Source: Takakia lepidozioides (taxonomy: Eukaryota > Plantae > Bryophyta). From it: a DNA stretch of 64,000 bases. This document shows, in pieces, positions 24,001 through 34,611 of the stretch. Every line of letters starts with the position of its first letter. Within the stretch, counting starts at the first letter, position 1. Location of the stretch: positions 65,224,001 through 65,288,000 of the forward strand of contig CM060733.1 in assembly GCA_030704615.1 (NCBI GenBank), written 5' to 3'. A program made the translations under genes and the position numbers. Under the pieces are notes generated by a model. That model searched no databases. It worked only from the letters and a program-made list of their open reading frames with translations, and was not told where the DNA came from.

Positions 24001-24399
24001 ATGCAATGTAGTTGAAAATATGCCACAGTGGTGATTTGTAAATAGAGCTCTTCAATTGTAGGAGTACTAGTGGATTGCTGCCCCTGTGTGGCTCGGGTTT
24101 TGGGACTTGTAGCCTTTGAGGCTTGGTTATCTATCCATGTGGCCTTTCAGGCTTCTTGAATGCTCATTGTAGAGCCTCTGTGGCATCTATGGGAACATTT
24201 TTCCCATTGGTTTTTTGCTGTATGATCGACATTTGAGAGACAATCTGTGTATTTGTGTGAAATTCCTTCATTCAATTAAATATATTACTCTGTATATTGA
24301 AACATATCTTAATATCAAAACGATAAATAAAATTTACATGAAATAAATAAATAAAATAGCATTTAATGGTTTTATGAACTAATCGAATAAGGACACGTG

Positions 24400-24855
24400 T
24401 TAGATGACCTACCATAACCAGTACAAATCTATAGTGATAGAGTCGTATTTGTAGTCATGAAATATGCCACATGCTACCCTCACTGATGTAGTGAGTAGTG
24501 ATATAGTCATAAGTGTAGTCATAAGGTACAGTCGTGTAGTCATATACATCCGGGGGGGGTCACACGTGTCATGGAGAGACCTCTCCATGTTGGCGCTCAA
24601 CTATAGTGACGTAGTCGTAAGTGTAGTCATGACACGTAGCCTTGTAGTCGTATACTTATGACTACAACACTACACGCCACGTCACTCTAAGTCGTTGGCA
24701 GGTGCCATGTCTACAATGACGACCATCACTTCGCACTTATCACTACGTAGAACTGACTTCGTGTTTGTCACTGCAGAGTGATGTAGTCATAATCGCACTT
24801 ATCACTGCAAATGTAGTGATATTTGTAGTCATAAAAATGATAATCTGTACTAGTG
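24400..24855. mobile_element. CACTA/En-Spm-like terminal fragment
   Basis: Dense GTAGTCAT/ATGACTAC subterminal repeats in both orientations, ending in ...TACTAGTG (reverse complement of CACTA) at 24855. Confidence 0.6.
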
Positions 24856-26345
24856 TGATATGCCAGTCCAAGGCTTAGATTACAATTGGGCAGCTATTGG
24901 CTGTGGCACCCCATTGTAGACACGGGTTGTATCAAGCAATCAATCAGATTGCTCATGTGACAAAAAATACAGACCTACACAGCAAGGTGACAAGCTATAA
25001 TGTGAAGCCTGAAGGGCGAGAAACTGTCATGGACTTTGATGATTCCATGCGAGTAATCCAATTGAGAATTGGAAGCACAGACCTGACCGATGTACTGATA
25101 GATGGTGGCTTGGGAGTGAATATCATGACAGACCAATTAAGGCAGAAGCTTGGTCTGAGTAACATGAAACCAGCCCCATTCACAGTAACAATGGCAGATC
25201 AAAGAAGTGTACAGCCATTGGGCTTGATAAGAGGAGTAAAAATACATATTCAAAAGTTGGTCTTTAAGATCACAGTGATTGTATTGAAAATGGATGATGT
25301 CATGGAAGCTTATTCCTTACTGTTAGGATGACCATGGCTGAAACAGGCCAAGGTATTCCATGACTAGAATACTCAGATTCTGACTGTGCGCAAGGATAAG
25401 CACAAAATATAGATTTCAGCTAAGAAATTAAGTAGACTACCTGCTACCAGAAGACCTCGTGGAGTTAGGGAATATGACTGGAGGGGAGGACTTGATGAAG
25501 AGCAGGAGGCTACTCTGTTTGCTGCACACCCAGAGTGGGAGCAGGTTGCAGAAATGCAATTGGGAGGTCTGAGTTGTTTCAAAGGTTTATGTTGTGGTAC
25601 AGTAACAACAACACCAAAAGAAGGGGAAACAAGCAGTTACCCACCCCATTTCTATGAGGAAAGAGAGGAGAAAATAGAGATCCTAGAGGAACCAGCCACT
25701 GTTAGTTTATGAAGTAGTGGCTAGATGGACAATCACAGCTAAAGATGGTGAGAGAAGTGAATGTGGGAACTGAGGAAGAACCAAGAATGGTTAAAATAGG
25801 AGCAGACTTGGAACCTGAATTTTTTGAGGAAACCAAGAGTTTGTTCATAAAATACAAAGATGTATTTGCATGGAGTTATGAAGACTTGAAAGGGATACCA
25901 CCTGAGATTTGCCAACATAAGATCGAGTTGGAACCTGATTCTGTACCAGTTAAGCAAGCACGGTACAAAATGAATCCTAATTATGCACAGAAGGTGGGAG
26001 AGGAGATCAAGAAACTGACTGATGCTAAGTTCATATACCCGATAGAGTACACTACGTGGCTATCACCTATTGTGATAGTTATACTAAAGAAGAATGGCAA
26101 ATTGAGAGTTTGTGTTAACTACAAGAAACTGAATGACTGCACACAGAAGGATCCATTTCCTTTGCCATTTACAGAAGCTGTACTAAATACTGTGGCAGGC
26201 CATGAGATATACTCATTCATGGATGGCTTCAGTGGGTATAACCAAGTACAAGTAGCTGAAGAAGACCAAGGAAAGACTGCTTTCATCACAGACTGGGGTG
26301 CTTATGCATACAAAGTCATACCTTTTGGACTCTGTAATGCACCAG
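24856..26345 (+). pseudogene. pol: Non-chromovirus Ty3/gypsy pol, 5' part (protease and RT N-half)
   Basis: VLIDGGLGVNIM protease; YKDVFAWSYEDLKGI; LRVCVNYKKLN; FMDGFSGYNQV; ends at PFGLCNAP. Confidence 0.9.
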
Positions 26346-26446
26346 GGGCCACGACACTGCTCCTGGCAACCGATCGAAGTGGTCGTCGATCCTTGGCAAA
26401 CGGTACCGGTTTTTGATAGTCACCTTATTCAGAGCCCTGTAATCGG

Positions 26447-29400
26447 CCCAAACTAAGGGAGGAGGCCGAGGAGTATGTCAAGACATGCACCACATGCCAA
26501 CAAAACCGGAGCGAGTACAAAAAGCAAGCGGGGCTGTTACAACCCTTGCCAATTCCAGAGGGGTCTTGGGAAAGTGTCTCGATGGATTTCATGACTACTT
26601 TGCCGCTGTCAAAAGGATTTGATGCAATCATGGTGGTGGTGGATAGGTTCAGTAAAATGGGCCATTCCATCCCCACCAAAGAGACAGCAACGGCGCAAGA
26701 GACGGGGCGACTTTACTTTGCCCACGTTTTCAAGCATCATGGACTCCCAAAGGATATTGTCTCGGACCGTGATCCAAAATTTACAAATAAATTTTGGAGG
26801 ACACTTTGGAAGAAGATGGGGACGAGGCTCAATAAGCACGGCCTTCCGACCTACAACGGACGGCCAAACAGAAAGAGTGAACTCCGTGGTGAAGCAGATC
26901 TTGCGAAATTATGTGTCGGCAGACCAGTCGCACTGGGTGGAGCACTTGGATGCGGCAGAGTTCTGTTATAATAATACAAAACGCTCCACAATGGGAGTTT
27001 CCCCTTTCGTATTGGTCTATGGAAAAGCACCTCTGGTGCCGACAAGTTGGGCCGCCCAGGACGGTGAGGAGCCGACAGTAGCAGCGGTGCTAGAAAAACG
27101 CGAGCGTTTGTTGGAGCTCGCAAAGTACAACATTGCCAAAGCTAGAAAACGGTATAAATGGCAGGCAAATCGGAAGCGGAGGGAAGTTAAGTTTGAGGCA
27201 AGCACAGAGGTTTGGTTGAACATCAAGAATTTTTGACTACCTCCGGAAGGGAGTCCGAAGTTCGTACCTCCGTATGCGGGGCCCTTTCGCATCCGGAAGG
27301 TTATGAATGAGGATGTGTTTGAATGGGAGCTGCCAGCAAACAACAAGGTACATCCAGTATTCCACATTTCCCTTTTGAAGCCTTACTTCAAAAATGAAGC
27401 GCGTCTGAATCGGCATCAAGTGTTGCGTCCACCACCTGTGCTGTTGGATCATGAAAATGAACCCGAGTACGAGGTGGAGACAGTGCTTAAGTCGAGGAGG
27501 TTCAAGAATCGAGAAACGGAGTATCTCGTGAAATGGAAGGGCTATCATCAAGTGGAGGCAACTTTGGTGCGTGCCTCACAAATGGGAAACGCATCCGAGG
27601 CGGTTGCAGCTTTCGAAGGGCGACCTCAAAAGCGGAAGAAGCATCGATGGGAACATCAACCTTGGATCGTAGGGGAGGAAATGCATGCTTAGTCCGGCTT
27701 AGCTAGCTCAGGAATCCGATTGTAAAACCTTGTGTTGTACAAAATTTTGTTTATAAATGAAATGGTTTCCAAATGTTGTGCGTCCTATTTTGTTTGGAAT
27801 GGTGATGCATGGTATGGTTGGCTAGTGTGTAGAATGCATGCTAGCTTACAAAAGTGGGAGAGATAAATTGGATTAATCGTGTGTTTGCGCAGTACCGAAA
27901 TCGGGTGACTCCCATCTAAGGGGCAAGGAAACTTGCGTCTTCTTTGGGAGTTCACGTGCTAGTGCGCACCTGGCGCGTGCGCGTACTATAACTGCGCTAC
28001 CGAGGGGGTTACCTTGTAGTGCGGCTAACGGGAAGCTACGTGCTTCCGTTCACGTATTATAATCGTAGGCAGAAGCATGCTACAGTGGCTCACTTTTGTC
28101 CAGTCTACTCTAATCTACTCTCATTTTTCATCTTCAAAATACATCAGCTTTGTTTGGAAACCAATTTTTGGGTGATCTCAAATTGAGTTGACAACAAAAA
28201 TAAATTGCAACACCTAATTTGAAGTTCCTATGAAAAAAGATATAAATGAAAGTAGATTAGTTTAGACTGGACAAAAATTTCGCAAAGTGAGCCACTGTAG
28301 CATGCTTCTGCCCTCGTGTAGCCTCGGGACGAAGTCGTAGTGCAGCTTCGGCGTGTTCCCGTACCTCAGGCCAGCATTCCAAGACGGACCCAATTGTAGT
28401 GATTGGGACGCACGGTTGGCTCAAGGTTATATTCCTAGTCAAAAAGGGTTCAAGGTGAACCTTTGCTCAAGGTGATGCCAAAAAGTGGCATCATGAGCGG
28501 TCACAAGCAATGTTGTTGCCGTAAGGTGATTCGATCCTCGGGGAGGATCGTTTCTTGGCCTTGAAGTGGGCCAAGAAGAGTGCACTCAGTGGAGCTTGAG
28601 AGGCTCCACCCTTGGCCGGGACTTGGAGGAAGTCGGTTGAACTAGCTAGTGGAGAGTAGAGTCAAGTGGGGGTTGGATCTTTGCCATGGGACGCCATGGT
28701 ACGGAAACAAACTCCTTGATGTGGGACGCCACAACTTGGATGTTAATTTCCACAAAAAGGGACAAGTCGATGAGGACATCGACTCCTTGTTGGTAGGGGT
28801 GTGTGTCGTGGCCCTTGCCTTGAGGGGGGGGGGGGGGGGGGGGTCGGGCGGGACACAAGAGGGCTGCCCCTGTGGTGGGGTAGTGGCAGCAAATAGGAAA
28901 GGGGGCTGAAGCCCTTGAGCGCCGAAGGCACTCAAGGAGGCGGAGGCGCTCACTAGGTGGACCCTGCAACCGGGTGGCGGTGGTGGGGGCTCATGAGGGG
29001 GGTGGTAGTGTAGGGAGTCGTAGTGGGGGTGGCATAGGACTCACCATGAGGTTGAGGCCTTGTGGTGGGAATCGTAGAGAGTCTTGGGACTCACCACGGT
29101 CCATTGGGGCCGTGGTGGGTGGGCCAAGACTCACCGCGACTCACCACTGGGACGATCGAGGGTCTAAGTGGTGGTGCACCAGATTTGGACTGTGCTACTT
29201 GTGGAACCCCCGCGGACACCTACAGAAGTATATATAGGGAGTAGTAACCCCGAGAACGGTGCAAGCCCATTGGTGACCAAAAACTAGTGAGTAAGCATGC
29301 AAGCCGAAAAACGACCAAGGTGTGGGGAGCTGTTCCGGACTGCCATCTACCAAAGGGAATTTCCACTGAGCCGGACAGGTCGAGGGTCAAGTGGGAGTGT

Positions 29401-29534
29401 GAGGGGGACCGTTATGCCCCGGTGAGCAGCCGAAGCTTTGAGTTGGCCCGGCGGCCAGTTTGGGAGTTAGGCGCGCGCATCAAAGCGAGCAACTATGACT
29501 TGAAGGGGAGCTTACCGAAGTGAGGTGCACAACA
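26447..29534 (+). mobile_element. Chromovirus 3' fragment: integrase, chromodomain, 3' UTR, PPT and LTR (28804-29534)
   Basis: WESVSMDFM, VVVDRFSK, DRDPKF, TDGQTERVN, chromodomain EYEVETVLKSR..EYLVKWKGY; LTR similar to copy 1. Confidence 0.92.
28067..28313. mobile_element. 247-bp MITE with ~28-bp TIRs and 4-bp TSD
   Basis: TIR (A/G)GGCAGAAGCATGCTACAGTGGCTCACTTT; TSD TCGT at 28063-28066 and 28314-28317. The empty site ATAATCGTGTAGC is present in the other chromovirus copies. Confidence 0.9.
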
Positions 29535-30793
29535 CAAATCGTGCTGCAATGGTCTATCATGGATAAAACCCCTCAACTTGTTGGCATTGACTCTACCAAG
29601 CATTTATTTGTTAATTGTTTGTAACATAGTTGTATTGTTATCATACATCTTCTGTATGACATAAGGTCCCTTCCATGGTTATTTCAGCTTAGAAGCTTTA
29701 ATCTTTCCCTTCTTCTGCAACCACAATACCAAATCTCATGTCTTAAAGTTTTTAGTTTGCCTTCATCAAACTGATCCTTCCTTTTCATCTGAATTCTGGC
29801 CATGTTATCTGTTGCATCAGCACATACTTCTTCCACATGATATAGTTCATGTTTCCTTACTTTAATTGAATCCTCCAATTCCATTCTCCTTCCCCATTCA
29901 GTTCTCATGGTAGGTAATAAAAATTCCATTGGTAGTAGTGCTTCCATGCCATAAACTAATTGGAATGGTGTATACTTGGTGGTGATCTTGTATGAAGTCT
30001 TGTATGACCACAAAGCTATCAACAGCTTTGTATCCCAATCAGTTATGTTGGCATTAACTATATTAGCAAGTATAGTGCATAGTATCTTGTTGGTGGCCTC
30101 TACCTGCCCATTGCCCTGTGGGTAATAGGTTGTACTCTTCCTGTGCATAATCATGAACTCCTTAGTCAACAGTTCAATGGTATTGTTAATGAAATGACTC
30201 CCCTGGTCATTGATAAATTCCAAGGGATAGCTAAATCTCGTGGGTATGTTCTCATAAAGAAATCTAGCTGTAGATTTTGTTGTATTATCTCGCAGTGCCT
30301 TGGCTTCTACCCACTTAGTAGTATAATCTGTGGCTGTGATTATATACTTGTTCTGGGTGTTCCTGGCTGGGTCTAATCCCCATTTCTGGAATGGTTCAGT
30401 AGGCATTGTAGGATAGGCCATCAGTATCCTACAAGTAGTATTTTCCTGCTGGTAGTCTCTTGCCAAAACTTTATTAATTTCATGATGGTACAAGAATCTC
30501 TTTAGGACTCCATCTGGTCCCAGCTTGTATAATTTTCCTCTTGGTAGGGCTTTAATGACTATCCTCTTCCTTTGTTCCTTCCCATAACTAGATGGGCATT
30601 GTCCATGAGTTAGGTAATATCGGATTGGCCACTGCCAATCTAACCAGTCATCTGCTCCCACTTCTACTGCAAATTTATCGTCTACTCCTGTGGCGGGTTC
30701 TCTTGTTGAATCAACCATCTTGCTATCCTTCCACTTATCAAAGGCTTGTATACCAAATAAATCAGAGCCTGATGATCCACATAGAATATAAAT

Positions 30794-31691
30794 GGGTGTA
30801 AGCATGGTAGAGGTAGGCCAAAACTGGCGGATAATGGGTACTTGGGAAGTACTTTTGTTGCGTAGTGTAGTGGTGGTAGAGGATAATATCAGAAAAATGG
30901 CAAAACATAATCGTGCGATGAGTCCGAAACTCGCATCCAACAGTCCAAGATTAAACGAAAAAAAAAAAAAAATAAAAAATAAACGGAAATAAACTTGTCG
31001 GCGAAAACAATCTAGTTCAAAATTTCGCCATTGTTTGGAGGTTTCAATTGCACGCAGCTCTAGGTACCGTGGTTTGTAACACATCTTCTTCAATAAAATT
31101 TTGAGGTACTTAAATTCATGGCCATTATAAATTAGTAGTTGCATATACAAAAAAATGACAACCAGCATGTAGCCCAGTGGTAATGGGCACATACCACGCT
31201 GGATGTGGTTGTGGGTTCAAACCACCGTCTGGTGTGTCATGAAGGTGTCCACCTTCCTGTTATAAGAGGTAAAAAATAAAAATGAGTTGGACTCAAAATA
31301 AAATAATAAAATAATAAATCATTAGGCCTTTCATACATGGCAGGTACTTGACAGCTCCTTCCGAGACTATTTTGCAGGTATTCAATCATTCGGGAAAAAA
31401 GATTCTTGCGCAGTTGGTACGTTTTAGGGGTACTTTTGGCTTTTCATGTTCGAGGATGTAGCGTACTACATCTAAAACCTCCTCACACAATATTTCACAA
31501 GTACCATCAAAACATACCCATTTGCAGATTGGAAAAGTGTTCTGTTTTCATTACAACGTCATCTTTCTTCCCATGTCATTTTCAAGGAAGTTCAATGTAA
31601 GATCAGAATGCACTAGTTATGGTAGTTTGAAGATCACAGTCTGTCAAAATCCATTTGTGACTTTTGGCCTACCTCTAACATGTTGTCACCC
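30794..31691. mobile_element. 898-bp non-autonomous DNA transposon with 30-bp TIRs and 4-bp TSD
   Basis: Left end GGGTGTAAGCATGGTAGAGGTAGGCCAAAA; right end reverse complement GGGTGACAACATGTTAGAGGTAGGCCAAAA; TSD AAAT at 30790-30793 and 31692-31695. Removing it restores RNase H LLGRKF-IFYVDHQAL. Confidence 0.88.
31161..31318 (+). mobile_element. tRNA-derived SINE / tRNA-like pseudogene
   Basis: A-box TAGCCCAGTGG, D-stem GCCC/GGGC, B-box GGTTCAAACC, ACCAG/CTGGT acceptor-like pairing, followed by a short body and an A-rich (AAATA)n tail. Confidence 0.6.
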
Positions 31692-32393
31692 AAATTTCCT
31701 TCCCAACAAATAATGCCTGAACTTCTTGACTGAATAAATCATTGCCAAAGCTTCTCTTTCGGTGGTGCTATGTTCCTTTTAGCACTGTTCAACAGTCTGC
31801 TAGCTAGCATAATACACCGGTGAATCTATGTTTCCTATGACATTTTGGGCTAACACAGCTCCTAATGCTTCTCCAGAGGTATCACAGTGTACATGTAATA
31901 CCATATGCCAATGTAGGTTAATCAGCACAAGTGTAGTTGTTACTGACAATGTAAGTTCCTCGAAGGCGTGTTGGCACTCAGTTGTCCATGCAAACCTTGC
32001 ATCCTTCTTCAAGAGCTTGCTCAATGGTGCTGCCTTCTGTGCATATCGTCTGACAAACCTTCTGTAATAATTGGTTTGTCCAAGGAACCTCCTTAGAGCC
32101 TTAACGTTACTTGGTGGTGGAGAGGCTTTAATAGCCTCTGTCTTTCTAGGATCTACAAGCAGTCCTTTCTGACACACAATGTGTCCCAAAAGAACTCTTG
32201 AGTTCACACAGAAATTACATTGGTTTCTGGATTCAGCCCAAGGCCTCTCATTCTGTACCTGGCCAAACATAATTCCAATTTCTTCAAGTGCTCATTCTTA
32301 GAGCTGTAAACACTGAAGTCATCTAAGAATACTTGCATGAAATCATCCAAGTACTCCTAGAAAGATTCACTGATCACTCTCTGGAAAGTTGCC

Positions 32394-33098
32394 TTTGCCT
32401 TGAGGGCAGGGGGTCGGGACACAAGATGGGCTGCCCCTGTGGTGGGGGCAGTGGCAACAATAGGTACGGGGGCTGAAGCACCCTTGAGTGCCTTAGGAGG
32501 CGGAGGCGCTCACTAGGTGGAGCCCCGCACACCGGGTTGCGGTGGGGGTGGCTCCACGAGGGGTGGTGGTAGCTTAGTGGGTCTTAGTGGGGGTGGCATA
32601 GGACTCACCATGGGGCGGAGACCTTGTGCTGGGAGTTGTGGGGAGTCTTGGGACTCATCACGGTCCAATGGGGCCGTGGTGGGTGGGCCAAGACTCACCG
32701 CGACTCATCACCGGGAATCGAGGGTCTTCGTGGTGGTTCGCCATAAAATGACAGGGTTGTTTTTGAAACCCCCGCGGACAGTCACAGAAGTATATATAGG
32801 GGAGTAGTAACCCCGAGAACGGTGCAAGCCCGTTGGTGACCAAAAACTAATGAGTAAGCATGCGAGCCAGAAAGCGACCAAGGTGTGGGGAGCTGTTCCG
32901 GACTGCCATCAACCAAAGGGAATTTCCACTAGGCCCAAATTGAGCGAGGGTCTCGTGGAGGAGTAAAGGGGACCGTTATGTCCTGGTGAGCAGCCAAAGC
33001 TCCAAGTTGGCCCGGCAGCCAGTTTGGGAGTTAGGCGCGCGCATCAAAGCGAGTAACTATGACTTGAAGGGGAGCTTACCGAACTGAGGTGCGTGACA
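32394..33098 (+). repeat. Chromovirus solo LTR (first ~11 bp displaced to 26346-26356 by inversion)
   Basis: Ends GCGTGACA followed by AGCAG. The missing start TGTCGTGGCCC plus the matching TSD AGCAG occur reverse-complemented at 26346-26361. Confidence 0.88.
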
Positions 33099-33103
33099 AG
33101 CAG

Positions 33104-34190
33104 AGTATTTCAGCCGGATTGATTTACGTTCGGGTTACCACCAGATCCGCATAGCGGAAGGATGATGAGGAAAATACAGCATGCAGGACAAGGTATGGCT
33201 TATACGAATTTTTGGTGATGCCTTTTGGGCTCACCAACGCGCCAGTAACCTTTAACACCCTGATGAACTGCCTCTTTCAGGATTGGTTGGATGACTTTGT
33301 GATCGTGTACATCCATGACATCTTGGTGTACTCAAAAACGAAGGAAGAGCACTTGGAGCACCTCCAAAGGGTGTTCCAGAAATTGCGGGAAGGGAAGCTG
33401 TATGCCAAAGCTTCAAAGTGTGAATTTGGGGTCACGGAAGTGGAGTTCCTAAGGCATGTGATTACGCAAGATGGGATCAAAATGGATGATAGAAAGGTGA
33501 GGGCGATCTTGGACTGGGAACCTCCGACTTCGGTCCCGGGAGTGCGATCCTTTCTGGGACTCGCCTCCTATTACCGAAAGTATGTGAGAAATTTCGCTAA
33601 GATCGCGGGGCCGCTGTCAGACCTTCTGTGTAAGTCCAAGGTATGGGTATTGAACACTTTTTGTGGCCAAGCTTTTACCAAGTTGAAGCAGCGGATGGCG
33701 GAAGCTCCGGTCTTGAAAATCCCGGAGTTCGACAGTCCATTTGAGATTCATACAGATGCATCAAACTTTGCAATTGGGGGTGTGCTCATGCAGGATGGAC
33801 ATCCAGTGGCTTACGAAAACAAGAAACTGAACAAAGTGGAGCGATGGTGGCCTACGCACGAGAAAGACATGAAGGCGGTGGTGCATTGCCTTGAGCTTTG
33901 GCGCCACTATGTTGGATCCAACCCGGTGAAGTGTTCACGGACAATGTCACAGTGAAGTATATGCCACACAGCCTAAGTTTGTCCCCAAAACAACTTAGGT
34001 GGCAAGACACTTTGGCAGTGTTTGACGTGGATATCCAGTACAAACCAGGATGGGACAATGTGGTGGCCGATGCTTTAAGTAGAAAGCAACAGCTCATGTT
34101 GGTGTACAGGGGCGAGATGGCGCTCCAAAGGAAGATCCGGAAGGCTTACCGGAGGATGAAATGGTGAAGTCCGTGATGTAGGACTTGAGG
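33104..34190 (+). pseudogene. pol: Chromovirus RT-RNase H fragment
   Basis: [52 protein letters not shown]. Confidence 0.9.
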
Positions 34191-34611
34191 TACCCAGAGA
34201 CTTCATTGACTTTGAAGTCTGGGATTTGTCATAAAGCTGACTTGTGTGAATAAGAATGGTTGACAATGCCTTGTTATGAGGCTGATTTGTCGTTAATTTT
34301 ACAATGACTTGTCAGGTCTTTGTCCATGTCTCGACAAGACATAAGTATCTTCCTCTCTGATTTAGACCGGTGTACTTGGTGGTTCTGTACACATTATCAA
34401 CCAATCTCCCTTCTGTTTTCAGTTTTATGTTTGCTTTACTAACACCTTGGTCTGAGCATGACAAAAGGTTATCAAATATGTTCCTGATTGAAGTGATGAA
34501 CCCAAGGCAATGGGAAGGCCAAAGCCATGAGATATCAGCCTCCTCTCCCGCCATGACCATGGTGTGGAGCAAGCAAGTCCTTCATAAGGTAAGATCTTCT
34601 CCAACCCAGAG

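Larger units (their letters stand above)
29690..32393 (-). pseudogene. pol: Non-chromovirus Ty3/gypsy pol, 3' part (RT C-half, RNase H, integrase), inverted relative to its 5' part
   Basis: ATFQRVISESF*EYLDDFMQVFLDDFS; LRRFLGQTNYYRRFV; VHCDTSGEALGAVL; VDHQALIYL; TDYTTKWVEAKAL; NDQGSHFIN; YYPQGNGQVEATNK. Confidence 0.9.

Noticed and set aside
29684-31192. 502-aa ORF as a real protein
   Set aside because: Chimera of TIR-element sequence read into a decayed integrase.
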